Notes under the pieces: generated by a model | Told to the model about the DNA's origin: nothing | The model's database searches: none | Seen by the model: the letters and a program-made list of their open reading frames with translations, nothing else | Translations under genes and position numbers: made by a program | Assembly: GCA_033442325.1 (NCBI GenBank) | Contig: JAWQFM010000008.1 | Coordinates: 865,194 to 929,193, forward strand | DNA: 64,000 nucleotides | Source: Salpingoeca rosetta | Taxonomy: Eukaryota > Protista > Choanoflagellata | Reading direction: 5' to 3' | In this document: positions 1 through 21,099 of the stretch, piece by piece | Layout: the number at the start of each line of letters is the position of its first letter | How positions within the stretch are numbered: position 1 is the stretch's first letter

Positions 1-295
1 TGCTGTCCTGTGCTTTGTTGTTTGTATTTCTGCGTGTCTGTGTCTGCGCGCGGGGCGTGTGTCTGTCTGTCTGTCTGTCTGTCTGTGTGTATGTGTGTGT
101 GTGTCTGTCTGTCTGTCTGCCTGCCTGCCTGCCTGTGTGAGTGTGTGTGTAGGACATTGCTTCTCCTTTCCAGTGTGTGCATATACACGTGCGCACGTGT
201 GCATGCACACAGCGTGTTGTCGTCTTGATCTCATCGTTCTGCTCGTTCAACCGCTTGTGCGTGTGCGTGTGTACATGTCCGTGTCACGGCCACAG

Positions 296-2040
296 GGGCG
301 GCCTGGGTGGCACATCGAGTGCTCTGTGATGGCGAGTAGCGTCCTCAACGACAACATGGACATTCACTCCGGTGGCGTGGACCTCAAGTTCCCGCACCAC
401 GACAACGAATGCGCGCAGTCGGAGGTGCGCCGGCTTATGGTGGTGGTGGTGGTGGTGGTGGTGGCGGCGTGTTTGTTGCGGTAGGATGCAGCTGCGAGAT
501 GCGTGCGGATAAGACATCATCACATCCCACATGTACGAGCACACAGACACGCACACGCGCATGTACACCCACGTGCCACGTGCCCCCTCACATGTGCCCT
601 CCTCCCTCGTTGCTTGCAGGCATACTACGGCAACGACAAGTGGGTCAACTACTTTATCCACTCGGGCCATCTCCACATTGAGGGCCACAAGATGTCAAAG
701 AGCCTCAAGAACTTTATCACCATCAAGGTGTGTGTGGTGGGGGGGGGTTCTCTCCATTCGACACGTTGCATGTTCTCGCACGTCTCCACCGTTTTCCCGC
801 ACTGCTCCTACCTTCCTCTTCCACCCCTCAACATCCGCCATTGTACGTTTGTGCGTGTGTGTGTTTGTGCGTGTGTGCGTGTGTTTGTGTACACAGGAGG
901 CGCTGGACCAGTACACCGCGCGCCAGATCCGTCTCATGTTCCTCCTCCACAACTGGAAGGCCACCCTCGACTACAGGTGCGCCAACAAGCACAACTTGCA
1001 CACGCTCACGTGACCAATCGTGCGGCCATTCCTCCTTCGCTATTAATGCGTTTGCGTCCTTTGCGTCATCACCACCTTCTTCTTATGCGTGCGTGTGTGT
1101 GTGTGTGTGTGTGTGTGCAGTTCCCACTCCATGATGACGGCCATCTCCTACGAGAAAATGTTCAATGAGTTCTTCCTGAACGTTTCCGTGAGTTGCGACT
1201 GCGTTGTTTGCACTGGGTTTTGTGTGGCTGCCGGTGGATTTGTGGCTCTAGTTGCTCTCGCGTGAAGCACTGACGATTTTCCATGCACGCACACACACTC
1301 ATACACACACTCATACACACATACACATGCACACAATATGGCACACCAAACACGTATGTGTGTGTGCAGTCTGCGCTGTACGGAGCTGATCCGTTTTCGT
1401 TCTTCAAGCCGGACGCGGAGGACCGAGCAATCTTGCAGCAGTTCAAGGCGACCAAACAGCACATCCACAACGCCCTCTGCGACAGCATCGACACGGTAGG
1501 TGTGTGTGTGTTGTGTTGTGTCTTGTTTTGTGTAGCTTGACAAGCAAGCTCGCACTCGGCAAGCTCGCACTCATACTCCTTGTCAGTGGGCGGTGTCATC
1601 ATTGTTTGTACAACATGGCATTTGTCTAACATTCTCCTAGCTTCATTAACCGCCAAACACACGCATACACATGCACAAACACACACACACACACGCATAC
1701 ACACGCACACACACACACACAGCCACTGGTGATGCAGCTGTCAAAGCAGCTGATTACTGCGGTGAACGTGTACATCAAGGAGAAGGAGGCTGCTGGGAGC
1801 GCGCCCCAGGCTGCACTTCTGCGTCAGATTGGGCGCTACTTCACGGAGCTGCTTGCGCTGTTTGGTGTTGTGGAGACGCCCGAGGAGATTGGCTTCCACG
1901 CTGCTGGTGCGCAGGGCAGTATGGAGGACGCCGTCCTGCCGCAGCTGCTCGCCTTTGCACACACGCGCGAGGCTGTGCGCCAGACTGCCCTCACAAAGAA
2001 AGGTGCGTTGGTGGGGGGGATGCATGCGTGCGTGCGTGTG

Positions 2041-2106
<66 letters not shown>

Positions 2107-2527
2107 TCTACGTGCGTCTGTGTCTGTGTCTGTGTGCATGGGTGGGGAATCTGTTTTTTTCTTGCTCCTTGGCTGCTGTCATGGTTGCCCGACATGCCTT
2201 CAAATGTTCTTGCGTGCTCGTGCTATCGTTCTTGACGACCCTGTTCCCCCATCTCTTGTTGCCCTGTTCCGCCGTTCACAGACAAGGCCGTGCTGAAGAT
2301 GTGCGATGAAATCCGCGACGATGAGCTGCCAAACGTTGGCGTGCGCCTCGAAGACAAGGAACAAGGTGTGTGTGTGTGTGTACGTGCGCGGCTGTTTGTG
2401 GTGTACCTGATTTGCATTTCCTGTCCACGTACCTGCGCTGCTTGTGCAGCTCCTTTCGTTCAACACAACCACGCTTGGAATGTTAACAGTGCACACCTTT
2501 CCTTTCACCTTCTGAATCATACACACA

Positions 2528-2594
<67 letters not shown>

Positions 2595-2892
2595 ACGAAC
2601 GAACGAACACGCAGGCCCTGTTGTGAAGCTTGTGGATCGGGAGATTCTGATGCAGGAACGAGAGCGGGAGCTGGCCATCAAGCGGGAGAAGGAGCGCAAG
2701 AAGGCCGAAGCCGCGGCGAAGCGCGCCAAAGAGGAGGAGGAAAAGCGCGAGAAGGCAAAGATGCGCCCGCAGGACATGTTCAAGAACAACCCGGCCTACA
2801 GCCAGTTTAACGAGCGCGGTGTCCCGACCCACGACAAGGGTGAGTTGAGGCATGTGTGTGCATGTGTTTGTGTGTTTGTGTGTCTGCTGTTG

Positions 2893-2924
<32 letters not shown>

Positions 2925-3236
2925 GGTGGTGGTGGTGGTGGTGGTGGTGGTGGTGGTGGTGGTGTTGTGTGTGTGTGTGTGTGTTTGCGTGTGTGTAACC
3001 CTCTGTTTGTGTGTCTGTGCGTTCATGTCTGTACATTTGCACATGTGGTGCGTGAGAACGAACCCCCCTCTCTCTCTCCGACACAATTGTACGTTAATGC
3101 TGTCCCTTGTTTGCGCATACTGCGAACCATGCACACAGATGGGGAGCCGCTGCCCAAGTCTGCCCTGAAGAAGCTGGAGAAGCAGTGGAAGGCGCAGGAC
3201 AAGCTGCACAAGAAGTACTTCCCAGGCGAGGAGTAA
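296..3236 (+). CDS. CARS: Cytoplasmic cysteinyl-tRNA synthetase, 3' portion (about 9 exons visible; 5' end outside window)
   Basis: Spliced exons give [12 protein letters not shown]...[22 protein letters not shown] (296-424), [23 protein letters not shown] (class I KMSKS at 689-703), [33 protein letters not shown] and a C-terminal [40 protein letters not shown]. Stop TAA ends at 3236. GT-AG introns. Confidence 0.96.
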
Positions 3237-3526
3237 GGAGGGCGCTGCTGAAAGGACGAGTGGATGGTTGCTGTGACATGACGACTTTGCATCACGCGTC
3301 CGAACTCAAATGGAAGTCGAAAAACTGTTCAAATGGTTGCCAATTTTCCACACCCAACAACCCCACAAACAACTGGACAACAACAACATCAACATCAACA
3401 ACAACCTCAACCTCAACACCTCAACACCAACACGCACACACACGCAACCAAACCTCCTCTCCTTGCCGATCTACCCCACCCTTACACCGTCCTCTGGACA
3501 AGAAAACACTGACTGACAAGTTGACG

Positions 3527-5790
3527 ATGAGTGGAGAGGACAACAACAATGTTACGGTGACCCTTGGCGCTCCCACTTGGGCAGAAATTGCCAAGCACTT
3601 GCTCCGTCCCCCGTCTTGGCAACAGGACCCCTTCCCTGTGGCGAGATACTTTGACTGTGATCATGAGGACACAAACCTCGGTCCAAGCACATGTGTCGGC
3701 GTGCGGGGATTTTTCAACTTGATGTTGACATGCCGTGGCATGTACCACGACCTGCCTTGGGCCATGCCAAAATGGTGTCTTGCGGAAGAAGCTGTGCCAA
3801 AGGCCCCACCCAACAGGGCGCCGTCTACCTTTTCGTTTCAAGCACACAGCGAGCACTGGCTGGACACTTTCCAAGTGCGGCTCGCCCCACGTCAACAGGA
3901 ACCGTTGCACGTCGCAAGCGACGCAGTGGCGTTTGATGAGGGCGCATGGCTTCGGCAGCGCTTTCTCGTGCACTCCTGGCTTGGCATGACATGGAACAGT
4001 GAGTGCGTGTATTTGCAGCGGCAAGTGCAAGCACAAGCGCCAGCCTTCTGGAGCGACTTTGCCCGCTTTGGCCGAATCAAGTTCTCTTCTTTGCCTGCCA
4101 TGGAGGCGTGGACCAACCGACCTCACGGATCGAACGAGCGCACACAAGCCGACACAGAAGCCCCTGCAACGGCATCAACAGCGTCTGCAGAATCAACTCA
4201 TTCCGTGTCTGCCCCTTCAAGCTCCGCCGATGCAGGTGGGGGCACTCCAGTGCAAGTGCAGCCGGCGCTGTTCTCCATCAAAGCTGTGCTGGGACCCATG
4301 GGATCGGCAGAGCGCTTCATGGCGTGTCGCAAACAACTTGCACATGTCAAAGGTGGCACGTTCGAGCTGATTCTGTGGCATCGATGTCGACGGCTGACAA
4401 TTCGTGATGTCAGAGAGCTGCAGTTGTTTGCCGACGGCGTTCACATCAAGCGTGTTGACTTTGCCAACATTGATGATCTGTATTGGTTTGCCTCCGCGCA
4501 CAATGGGTGCGTTGAGGGCAAGATGACCAACATAGGTCGTATTCATTTGGAAGGCGGATGCGACGGGTATGCGACCTTAACAGACATCGCGCCACTCGTC
4601 GACACTCCGCGTGTCCAGATTGAGGAGTTTCAAGAATGTCGCGCGAACATGACACCTCTGTGCAACGCCCGACAGCTCGTACTCTGCCAGCATGTGGATG
4701 AAGTCTCATTTCTCGGCAACGTGCATCATGTTGAGTGGCTGCATTGTATGGTCGAGGAGCTGTCCCTCAATGCGAGCCGCGTCGCGCTTGGGAACCTTGA
4801 GCCAGATGATGACTCCGTTGCCCTGCATTTACCAAACGCGACATACATTGCTCTGAAAGGGTGCCCCGGTGCTGTGGTGCTTGAGTGCCCTGTGCGCCTG
4901 CAGTTCTTGCAACTCTACGGTTGCACCAATGCTCAGCTGCCGACATTCGAGCACGCCCATGTGGTGGACATTGACATGGAGCTTGGTGTGGAGGCACTGC
5001 GCGATTTGGGCTCTCGCGTCGACAAGCTTGTGCTTCGCGATGACGCTGCAAAGCTTGTGTCGCAGCTCGGCACAATTCCCGTGTGTGTGGAGGTGCATGG
5101 ATCAGCGGAAGACATTGGTCTCGCGGACGGCGTGCTTCCCGCGTGTGTGCGGCGTGCAGTGTTGACTGTCCACACGAATGCCTTTCATGTTGGCTTGCTT
5201 GCACATGTGCAGCAACTGACACTGCAGGCAGGCGAAGGCAGCCGACCAGCCATTCAGGGCTTGGATGAGCTGCGCAATCTGAAGGCGTTGCGCATCGTCG
5301 GGTGTGAGCTGAGCGGCACAGTCAGCGCAAGCGAGCAAGTGTGTTTCACCGATTGCTCTGGCTCCATCACGGTTGAGAATGCCGGTACCCTTTACATCAC
5401 TGACAAGAGAGATGCAACGGAGAAACGAGAGAGTGACGCCACACTGATGCAGGTGCTTTCAACACGCAATGTGCATGTATGCCGCATTGTCGACTGTGAG
5501 CTTGAAACGCTGTGCGGTTTTGCAGGCGTGCACTGCCTTGTTCTTCAGTGTTGTACTGTGGCCGACGCTGAAACGCTCCCGCAGGTAGCCTGCCTCTGCC
5601 TGCGAGGCCGCTGTTACAGGCAGCCCATCGTCTCCCTTGTCGGCCGGGCACGGGAGGACATGATTGCCGTTATCAATAGCGGGCAGACTGACGTGTCAGA
5701 GGACCTCCAGCTGCTCCAAGACGACAAGGATATTAACGATGATGACATCCTACAGGACTTTGAAGATGAAGACGACGACGACGACGACAG

Positions 5791-5825
<35 letters not shown>

Positions 5826-5827
5826 GA
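3527..5827 (+). CDS. Intronless 766-aa protein with divergent F-box-like N-terminus, degenerate leucine-rich repeats and poly-Asp tail
   Basis: Uninterrupted ORF from ATG 3527. LRR-like segments TLTDIAPLVDTPRVQI, VDEVSFLGNVHHVEWLHC, IQGLDELRNLKALRIVGCEL, LETLCGFAGVHCLVLQCC. N-terminal WAEIAKHL...FFNLMLTCRGMY resembles a split F-box. Coding status is strong; the domain calls are tentative. Confidence 0.7.
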
Positions 5828-6636
5828 TGAAGGAGGTGGATAGCGTGTGCTTCTGTGCGTTCGTTTTGGGGTGGTTGTTTTCCCCCTCGCGCACCCGTGC
5901 CCATCTCATAGACTGACCGTTGCATTGCACTCTTTGTTTTGGTGGATATTTGTTGACCTTGTTTCTCTCGCGCTCGGGTGCATGTGAGGCAGCAAGCCTG
6001 CTTGGATTGCCCCCTTCCTTGCATTCATTGCTGTAGTGTTGTGACGTTGTCTTTGACACACTTTCTTGTTCGAATTGCGCTTGTTTGTTGTTCCTCCCGT
6101 TGGCTTGCGATTTGCGTCACACGAGGCAGTCAAACGAGAAAAACCGCGGGTCGAGTGGCTGTGTGTGTTCATGTACATGTGTGCGCATGTGTGTTTGTGT
6201 GTGTATGTGTATGTGTGCTTGTGTGTGGACATGTGCGCCAGACAAGCAAACAGACACTCTTTCCTCCCCCACGCTGCCATACGATACCCCGAATTTCCTC
6301 CAAGTAAACGAATGCACTTTGTCAGCGAGCAAAACCGTTTTCCACGCTCTCCTCTTCGTTCATCTTTCAGCATTCAAACTCTCCACCAACCAAACCCACC
6401 TGCCCTGATCACAGTCAGAGTCGCAACAGGCACAGTCGCAACCAGTCGCACAGTCGCAACCAGTCACATCATCACGTTGTCACCTCCTCTCCTCCTCCTC
6501 CTAACTTCCTCACTTCCCTGACTTCCTTTTGCTTCCTTGTTTGGGTTACCAAAAGGCGAGGACACTGCCAAGCACGCAAGCAAGCCCTTTTGGCGTCCCC
6601 TGTACCCCTCCTTTCTCCCTTGCCCTCCAGCCAGAA

Positions 6637-7374
6637 ATGTTCAGGCTGCGCCGGAAGAAGAAGAGCAGCGGCACCATCCTGTGCTGCGTGCATCTTCCCA
6701 ATGATAGCTCCATCAACCTCGCCATCGACGTGCGTTCTCTATTGCTACATGTTTGGTGCCGTGATCCCGCCTGCATGGTTTGGATTTGCTTGCATGCATA
6801 TGTATCGCGGCGTGGGGAAGCACCGAGCGAAAGAGGGGGAACGGGGACGTGTGACTGTGTGACTGTGTGTGCATGTGTGTGTGTGACTGTGTGTGTGTGT
6901 GTGCATGTGTGTATGTGTGTATGTGTGTGGTATTTGATGGCAAAGTCATCGTTTGTGACGTGATTTGAACACGCGAACTGTAACGCTTCTCGGAGATGAC
7001 ACCATACCATTCCTTGTCCTTGTACAGGAGAAGGCACGTGGATTGGATCTCTGGCGAGACGTGATGGCTTCGCTCTCTCTGCCAGAGCAAGACTTTTTTG
7101 GACTCAAGTACGCCGCCCCCGACAAGGTTTGGCCCAAATACCACACGTTGCGGCACAAACCATTGACAATCCCACACAGTCCACCGGCCTCCTTGCATTT
7201 TGCACGCACTGGACAGCAAACTGTGTTGTGCGAAGCACACAAATACACACACACACACGCACGCACGAAGGAACACACACTGACACACAAACACGCAAGG
7301 AACACACACACTGAAACACAAACACACGCACACACACACACACACACAAAGGGACACACACGCCTACGCAAATA

Positions 7375-7413
<39 letters not shown>

Positions 7414-8608
7414 ACACACACACATACACACACACACACACCCTACATTCCCTCCATCAAGGCATGGAAGCGAAAAAGCTCGCGGCTGACCTTTCGTCGC
7501 GCTTCAAAGAAGCAGAACAACGGTCTGCGCGATGTGCACACATCCCTGACCTGGGTACAACTCAATGACAAGCTTTCAGAACAGCTTGGACAGCCCGATC
7601 CGTACCTGAACGAGGATCTACCCCCAAGCGTCGTTCGTCCAGACGACCTCCATGGCACTTGGCATGTTTACATGGCAGTCAAGTTTTACGTCGGCCCAAC
7701 AATCACCTCATGGTGGTCACACGCTTCAAAGTACGGCAGGGGAGGGGGCGGTGGCAGTGCAAGTAGCTGTGTGCAATGTGTGCATCAGTGTGAGTGCATG
7801 TTCAATGTGCGTGCGTGTGCGTGTGCGTGTGTATGTGTGCGTTTGCGCGCGTGTGCGCGTCAGGAGTGCGCGTCCACTCGTCCACTGTGTGTGTGTGTGG
7901 TGAATCGCCACTCGGATGCATGCACGCACTGCGCTGCGCTCACTGCTTGTTGTTCTTCTTGCGACAACCAGAGAGCTACTGTTTCATCAGCTCCGCCATG
8001 ATGTCGCCTGCGGCCTCCTGGAGGTAGCGAACGCGTCCCCTGTAATTTTGTCCATCGTATCCGTATCGCATACGTGTCCAACCTGCTCTGTCTGTCTGTG
8101 TCTGTATGTCTGTGTATGTCTGTGTGTGTCTGTGTGTGTGTGCCTGTGTCTGTCTGTTCTCTCTGTCTTTCTTCCCTGTCTTTCTTTTCTCTCTTTCTTT
8201 CTCTTTCTTCTCTCCCTTTCTTCGCTCTCTCTCTCTTTCTCTTTCTTCTCTCTCTCTCTCTCAACCTGGAGGCACTCTCGACTAACTTGCACACGCGCAC
8301 AATTTCAATTTCAGGTCCCCTTGGATGTTGGCGTCAAGTTGGGCGGGTACGCCATGCACGTGATTGAGGGTGACTTTGATCCGGGCAAACACAGCGGCCT
8401 GGACTATCTCTACGCCTACCATTTCCTCCCAAAGACCGACGATGACACGCTCAAGTTCGTGCCCAGAAACTGGGCATGTGCATGTGTGTGTGTGTGTGTT
8501 AAGGAACATGTGCATGTTCTGCTTAGCTGCACGTACACGCATCCTCGCACTCACAAATACACCCAGGCACATTCACCCACGCACTCACAAATACACTCAC
8601 GCACACAC

Positions 8609-8639
<31 letters not shown>

Positions 8640-11600
8640 TAACCCCACACCCCCCACACCCACACACATGCTTTCAACACCACCAGGGCCATTCAGCAAG
8701 AGCATCGCCAGTGCCGCGGCATGATCACTTCAGCCGACGCCCTCACGCAGTTCATTGACACATGTCAGCACCTCGAAGAATACGGCGTCCTCATGTTTCA
8801 CGCTTTTCACAACAACACGGTCCGTCCCCTGGCAAGCACTTGTCCGAGTAATCGCCGTGGCATGAGAACAATATCAGTACACTGCTGCTGATTCATCATC
8901 CCGTGCGTCGTGAACCCACAAGATCAACACGTAATTGCGGCTCACACGCCTGTTGTTGGCACCCATCCACCAACCACCCTTGGTATTGTCACTTGGTCCA
9001 GCCGATTGTGGCTGGCGTGTCTCCAAAAGGCCTTTATGTCTACAAGGACAAGCGACGGCTGTACTCCCACCCATGGTACGGCACTCGATGTCTCGATGTT
9101 GCCTGCGGGCACCATGGCGCGCGTGCGCTGACGGGTTTGCTTTCGTTGTGTTTCGTGTGGTTCTTGTTGTGTGCTGCATTTGGCTGTCATTCCGTTGCCT
9201 TGGCACGAGATGGCGCACATTCACAGTGTCAACCCCCCCCCCCTTTTTTTGTTTGTTCTCACTGGCATGTGCGTGCGCAGGCACGCGTTGCGAAAGCTTG
9301 ACTACTCTGGAAAAAAGCTGCACGTTGTGCTGTTGCAACGCGAGGTGCAATCAGCCACACACCCACACATTACCCTTGTCTTCTCCACCCAAGAGGCCTG
9401 CAAAGTAAGATACCGTCCACCTTGCAAGGTGTGCTGTGTACACGTGGTGGCGTGGAAACACCACGATGTGGTGTCCTTGGTGTGGAATGAACAACTACAT
9501 GATGCCTTTTCCTTGGTTCTCGTGCTTCCCTCTCATTTGTGTTCGTTACATCATCGCTGCAGGCGTTTTGGAAGGCCGCCATTCATCACCACACCTTCTT
9601 CCACCGCAAGACGCCAAGCCTCAAGGTTAGCAAAGGATGGGTTGTACGTAGCGCCAGCTTCCGCGACGCACACGCATTTAAACAACTTATACACGTGCAA
9701 ACATGCATGCATGCACACACACACACACACACAAACACAAACACACACATACACACATGCACACAAACACACATGCACACAAACACACACATGCACACAA
9801 ACACACATGCACACAAACACACACACACACACATGCACACAAACACAGACTTACACACGCACCCGTTAACATATCTACCCATGCCTCTTCCACATGCGTC
9901 GATTTATGTGTGCACAGTCTCTTGCGGTTGGCTCTGAGTCCGCTGTGACACTGCACCAAGCCGTGCACTCCGCTCGAAGCAACAACAAGCTCCTTCTCAA
10001 GGCGGGACTCAGCAAAGAGTACGAGCATGACTGCCACACCACATTGCACACTTCTGCCTACGTTGGGCTGCATACGTTTCATGACACGTTCTGGTCCCTT
10101 TTTGTTTGGCGACGCTCATCATGCGTGTTGTCATGTCTTGTGCATGTGTGCGTATATGTGCATGTGTGTGCCGTGTGGTTGGCTACCCTGCTGCTGTTAG
10201 GACAATGCACCTGCCATCTGTGGGGCATTCGCAGCGCCCATCCCACGATGCATCCAAAGCTTCCCTCGCCTCCCTCATTGCAGGTACGCGTGACTGTGTT
10301 TGTGGTATATGTGGTGTGTGGTGTGCGTTTGTTTGTTGCTCTCTGAGCGAAGTCTCGTTTACTGGTGCGTTTTGTTTTTGGCGTGTCTTGGAGTGTTTGT
10401 CTTCCTTCACTCCGTTAGCATCGCGTTCCATGTCGTGCTAATCCTCGCCCCGCCCCATCCCCGCCTTTCCCTGCCCGCCCCTCTTGCAATAGGCGTGCAA
10501 GCCACGCCACGCCCAAGCAACGCAGACAAGCACAACACGTGGGTGCGGCGCGCCGTTATGATCGGCAGCAGTCCAGATGTCATTGGAGGTGCGTGGCGTG
10601 ACACGCGGCCCTTTTGTGTTCACTGGAGGTTGCAATGTCGAGCGTTTTCAGTCTTTTCTTCCCTTGCTTATTTGCCTGCCTGCATGCACGCATGCATGCA
10701 TGCATGAGTGGCTCTTGTCAACAGCCTGTTCATCAACGAGTCGCATCACCTCACCAAACGCACTGCCCCCCTGTGCTTCGTTCTTGTCTTGTCTTTTGTC
10801 GTGACCCAGGCCTGTCGGCCGAGCGCGGAGAAATTGTGGAGATCGTGGACTCGTCAGATCACGACTGGTGGCTCGTCAAAGCTGCACAGGATGTTGGAAG
10901 GTGAGAGGATGGCACGCACGCACACGCAGCAGGCAGCAAGCACGGAGGCTCGCGTTGAAGCATCCACAACAACAATTTGATCACATGTTGATGAACGAAC
11001 GGTTTTGTTGGTATTTGTGTGTATTTGTGTGTGTTGTTAAACCACTCGTTGTTTGCACCCAACTGGGCTTTTCACTCACACGCTCCTCTCTATCATGACC
11101 GACCACGAACCCATGCCCTGCACACTCTCACATGCATGTCCTTTGACCACCATCAGGGTGCCTGCGCGCATGGTGCGTGAGTTTCGGTGCGAGCCGCACC
11201 ACGTCGTTGAAGCGTTGTCGGACTTTGCCTCCGAGGAGCTTGCGTTCAACAAGGGCGATGTGCTGTTCATTCTCAAGGAGGTGAGGATTGGAGACTACAA
11301 GCATACATGACATGACAATTGTTCATGCACAACACAACTACACAAATACACAACTACACAACGCAACACAACATAAAATAACACATCACATCACATCACA
11401 ACTCCACAACTCCACAACTCCACAACTCCACACCACAACCACAGCCACAACGAAAACAAAACCACACAACGCAACACAACATAACACATCACATCACAAC
11501 TACACAACTACACAACTACACAACTCCACAACTACACAACAACACACCACAACACGTTTCTCGCGCTCACTGGCCATCTGCGTCTGGCGCAACATGTGGA

Positions 11601-11798
11601 CAGCAACCGGACAAGCTCGTGGTGACAACGGGGACAGCACACGGCGAGGTGCCGGCCAAGGTCATCAACTTTGACTTTGCAAAGAGCAGATACTACGACG
11701 AAGAAGAAGAAGAAGAAGAAGAGGTGGTGGAAGGGGATATGGATGGCAGTGGCATCAGTTGGAAGAGAACAAGCCGCCGCAGTCCATCCATTCTTTGA
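6637..11798 (+). CDS. FERM domain protein with two C-terminal SH3-like domains (about 15 exons)
   Basis: FERM F1-F3 exons: [16 protein letters not shown] / [28 protein letters not shown] / VKFYV / [13 protein letters not shown] / EGDFDP / [11 protein letters not shown] / [14 protein letters not shown] / KLDYSGKKL / [15 protein letters not shown]3 #1: [29 protein letters not shown]3 #2: [27 protein letters not shown]. Stop TGA 11796-11798. Confidence 0.88.
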
Positions 11799-12257
11799 GA
11801 AGGGAACAGCATGCGGAACTAGAACAAAATGACCACATTCCCGTGGTGGATCAGACCACCAGATGAGACGAGTGGGCTGTCTTTGTTTCCGCATGCCATT
11901 GTTGCGTCATAACGTTTGATCGTGAATCTGTTGCTGTCGTCGTCATTCACCGTTTGCGACTTCTTTGAGTTTCTCGTTGCTGAAGTTTAGCATTGGAAGC
12001 AACGTGGGCTGTGCTTCCTCTCTTTCCTCCGTCGTTGTTGCTGCTGTTCATTTATTTGCTCTTTGCTCATTTTGCCCGCACGCTCATACGCCCTCCATAT
12101 TGTCGAAACTAGCTGTCAAACAAGTCAAAAACAGTCCCAACACCTCTGCAAGCAAGCGTAACCCGAATAACGAAGATGATAGACAAAGCTGGAGTGTAAA
12201 ACAGAGTCAAGCCTTTACACATGGACACACACACACACACACGCACACAACACGACA

Positions 12258-19498
<7,241 letters not shown>

Positions 19499-19828
19499 CG
19501 TGCTTCCCCTCCACAACAACGGCTATGACCGACCTCCCAGTCGAAGACAGCTACTGGCTACCTTGTTAGCGAGCTAACAACACCGTGCTTCTTGCCAGGA
19601 GCAGTCGGACGGAGCAGAGCAGTCGGACGGAGCAGAGCAGGCAGGTTGAGTGTGCTGGTCGTAGTGGTTGGTTTGGTTTGTCGCGGCAAAATTGCTGTTG
19701 CCAGGAGATGATTTTGTGCTGTCGCATTCCACCACTTCTTTCGTCGCGCTTTTCTCCTCCTCCTGCGTGCTGCTCGCTCCACTGTGTGTCTGCTATCTGT
19801 CTGTCCACCACCCACCCACCCGACAACG

Positions 19829-21061
19829 ATGGAGATGAACGAGGAAGCGGGCGTGGTGATGCAGCGCCTGATAGAGTCGCATGGCTCTGTGGAGAAGCTT
19901 CCCTCGACGATCCTCGGGTTGACACCGATGCTGGCCCACGGCATGGATTGGCGCGATTTCATTGGCCAGGTCACCGCCGCTGGCTTAGCACAGCAGGACG
20001 GCCGTCAGCTCCACTGGAACGCCACCGCCGTCAACCAGTGGTATGATGCCCGTCTCGTCGACTCGGATTATGAAGACGACTTTGAAGAAGAAGAAGAACA
20101 AGACAGTGAAGAAGACCAAGAGGAAGAGGAGGCGGCGGCGGTGCTGGACGGCCAGGGTCAGGGGCAGCAGCAGCAGCACCAGGGACAGCAAGCCCAAGCA
20201 CAGCAAGAAACAGTCCCCGCGCCGCTGCCGCCATCGACAACATCCGGCACCAACGGCGGCGGTGCAAGCCATGTCCAGAAGCTGTTCAACTTCTCGGATA
20301 CGGCCAGCACGCAGATCGGGCCAGGCGAAGAGACCAGCCCTCGCACGGCCCCTCTCAACGCGGCGGCAGTCCAAGCAACATCGTCGTCGTCGACCAACCC
20401 ATACGGCCCGCCTCCAGGCACCGTTCCTGCGGACAGTCGCCCTTCGCGGCCCTTTCCGTTTCAGACGACACCACCTCCCACCCCGCAGTACGTTACTGGC
20501 CCGCCCACTCCAAACAGCCTGCGCGCCATGAAGTCTGGCGCCGTGGCCCCGCCTGCGCGGCCCCCATCCCACGACGCACCGAGGACGCAAGCGCAACAAC
20601 AGCTACAGCAGCAGCAGCAGCAGCAAGCTTCCGCAGTTTTGCCAACTGCAGACGATGAGGAAGTGGTTGCTGCAATCAAGCAACATCTTGTGGAAGTTGG
20701 AGGCGAGGCCGTCGCCTGTTCCCTGCCCATCCATCTGCACCACGTTGTGCCACACGCGAGTGACACGATCAAGCGCCACGGCAGGTTCCGCAACTTTGTC
20801 GATGCATTCCACCACAAGGGCATCGCGTTTGTCGAAAACTCGAGTGGTGGGAACGTGCGGCTGACACATGGCCTCGCTCACCGGTCGCTGTCCCAGAAGA
20901 GGACGAAAGCCGGCCAGCCGCCTGCAGCCGAACAAGGCCAGCAGCAGAGTTTTCAACAACAAGTTCAAGAGCAATTCAAGCAAGGACAACAACAACAGCA
21001 ACAACAGCCGCCTCCTCAGCAGCCACCACGGCAGGAGCAGGCAACACAGCCAAAGCCACAG

Positions 21062-21099
<38 letters not shown>

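Noticed and set aside
3107-3526. N-terminal extension of the 906-aa ORF overlapping the last CARS exon
   Set aside because: It starts at a non-ATG codon inside a CARS intron and runs through low-complexity CA-rich sequence. The ATG at 3527 is the more plausible start.
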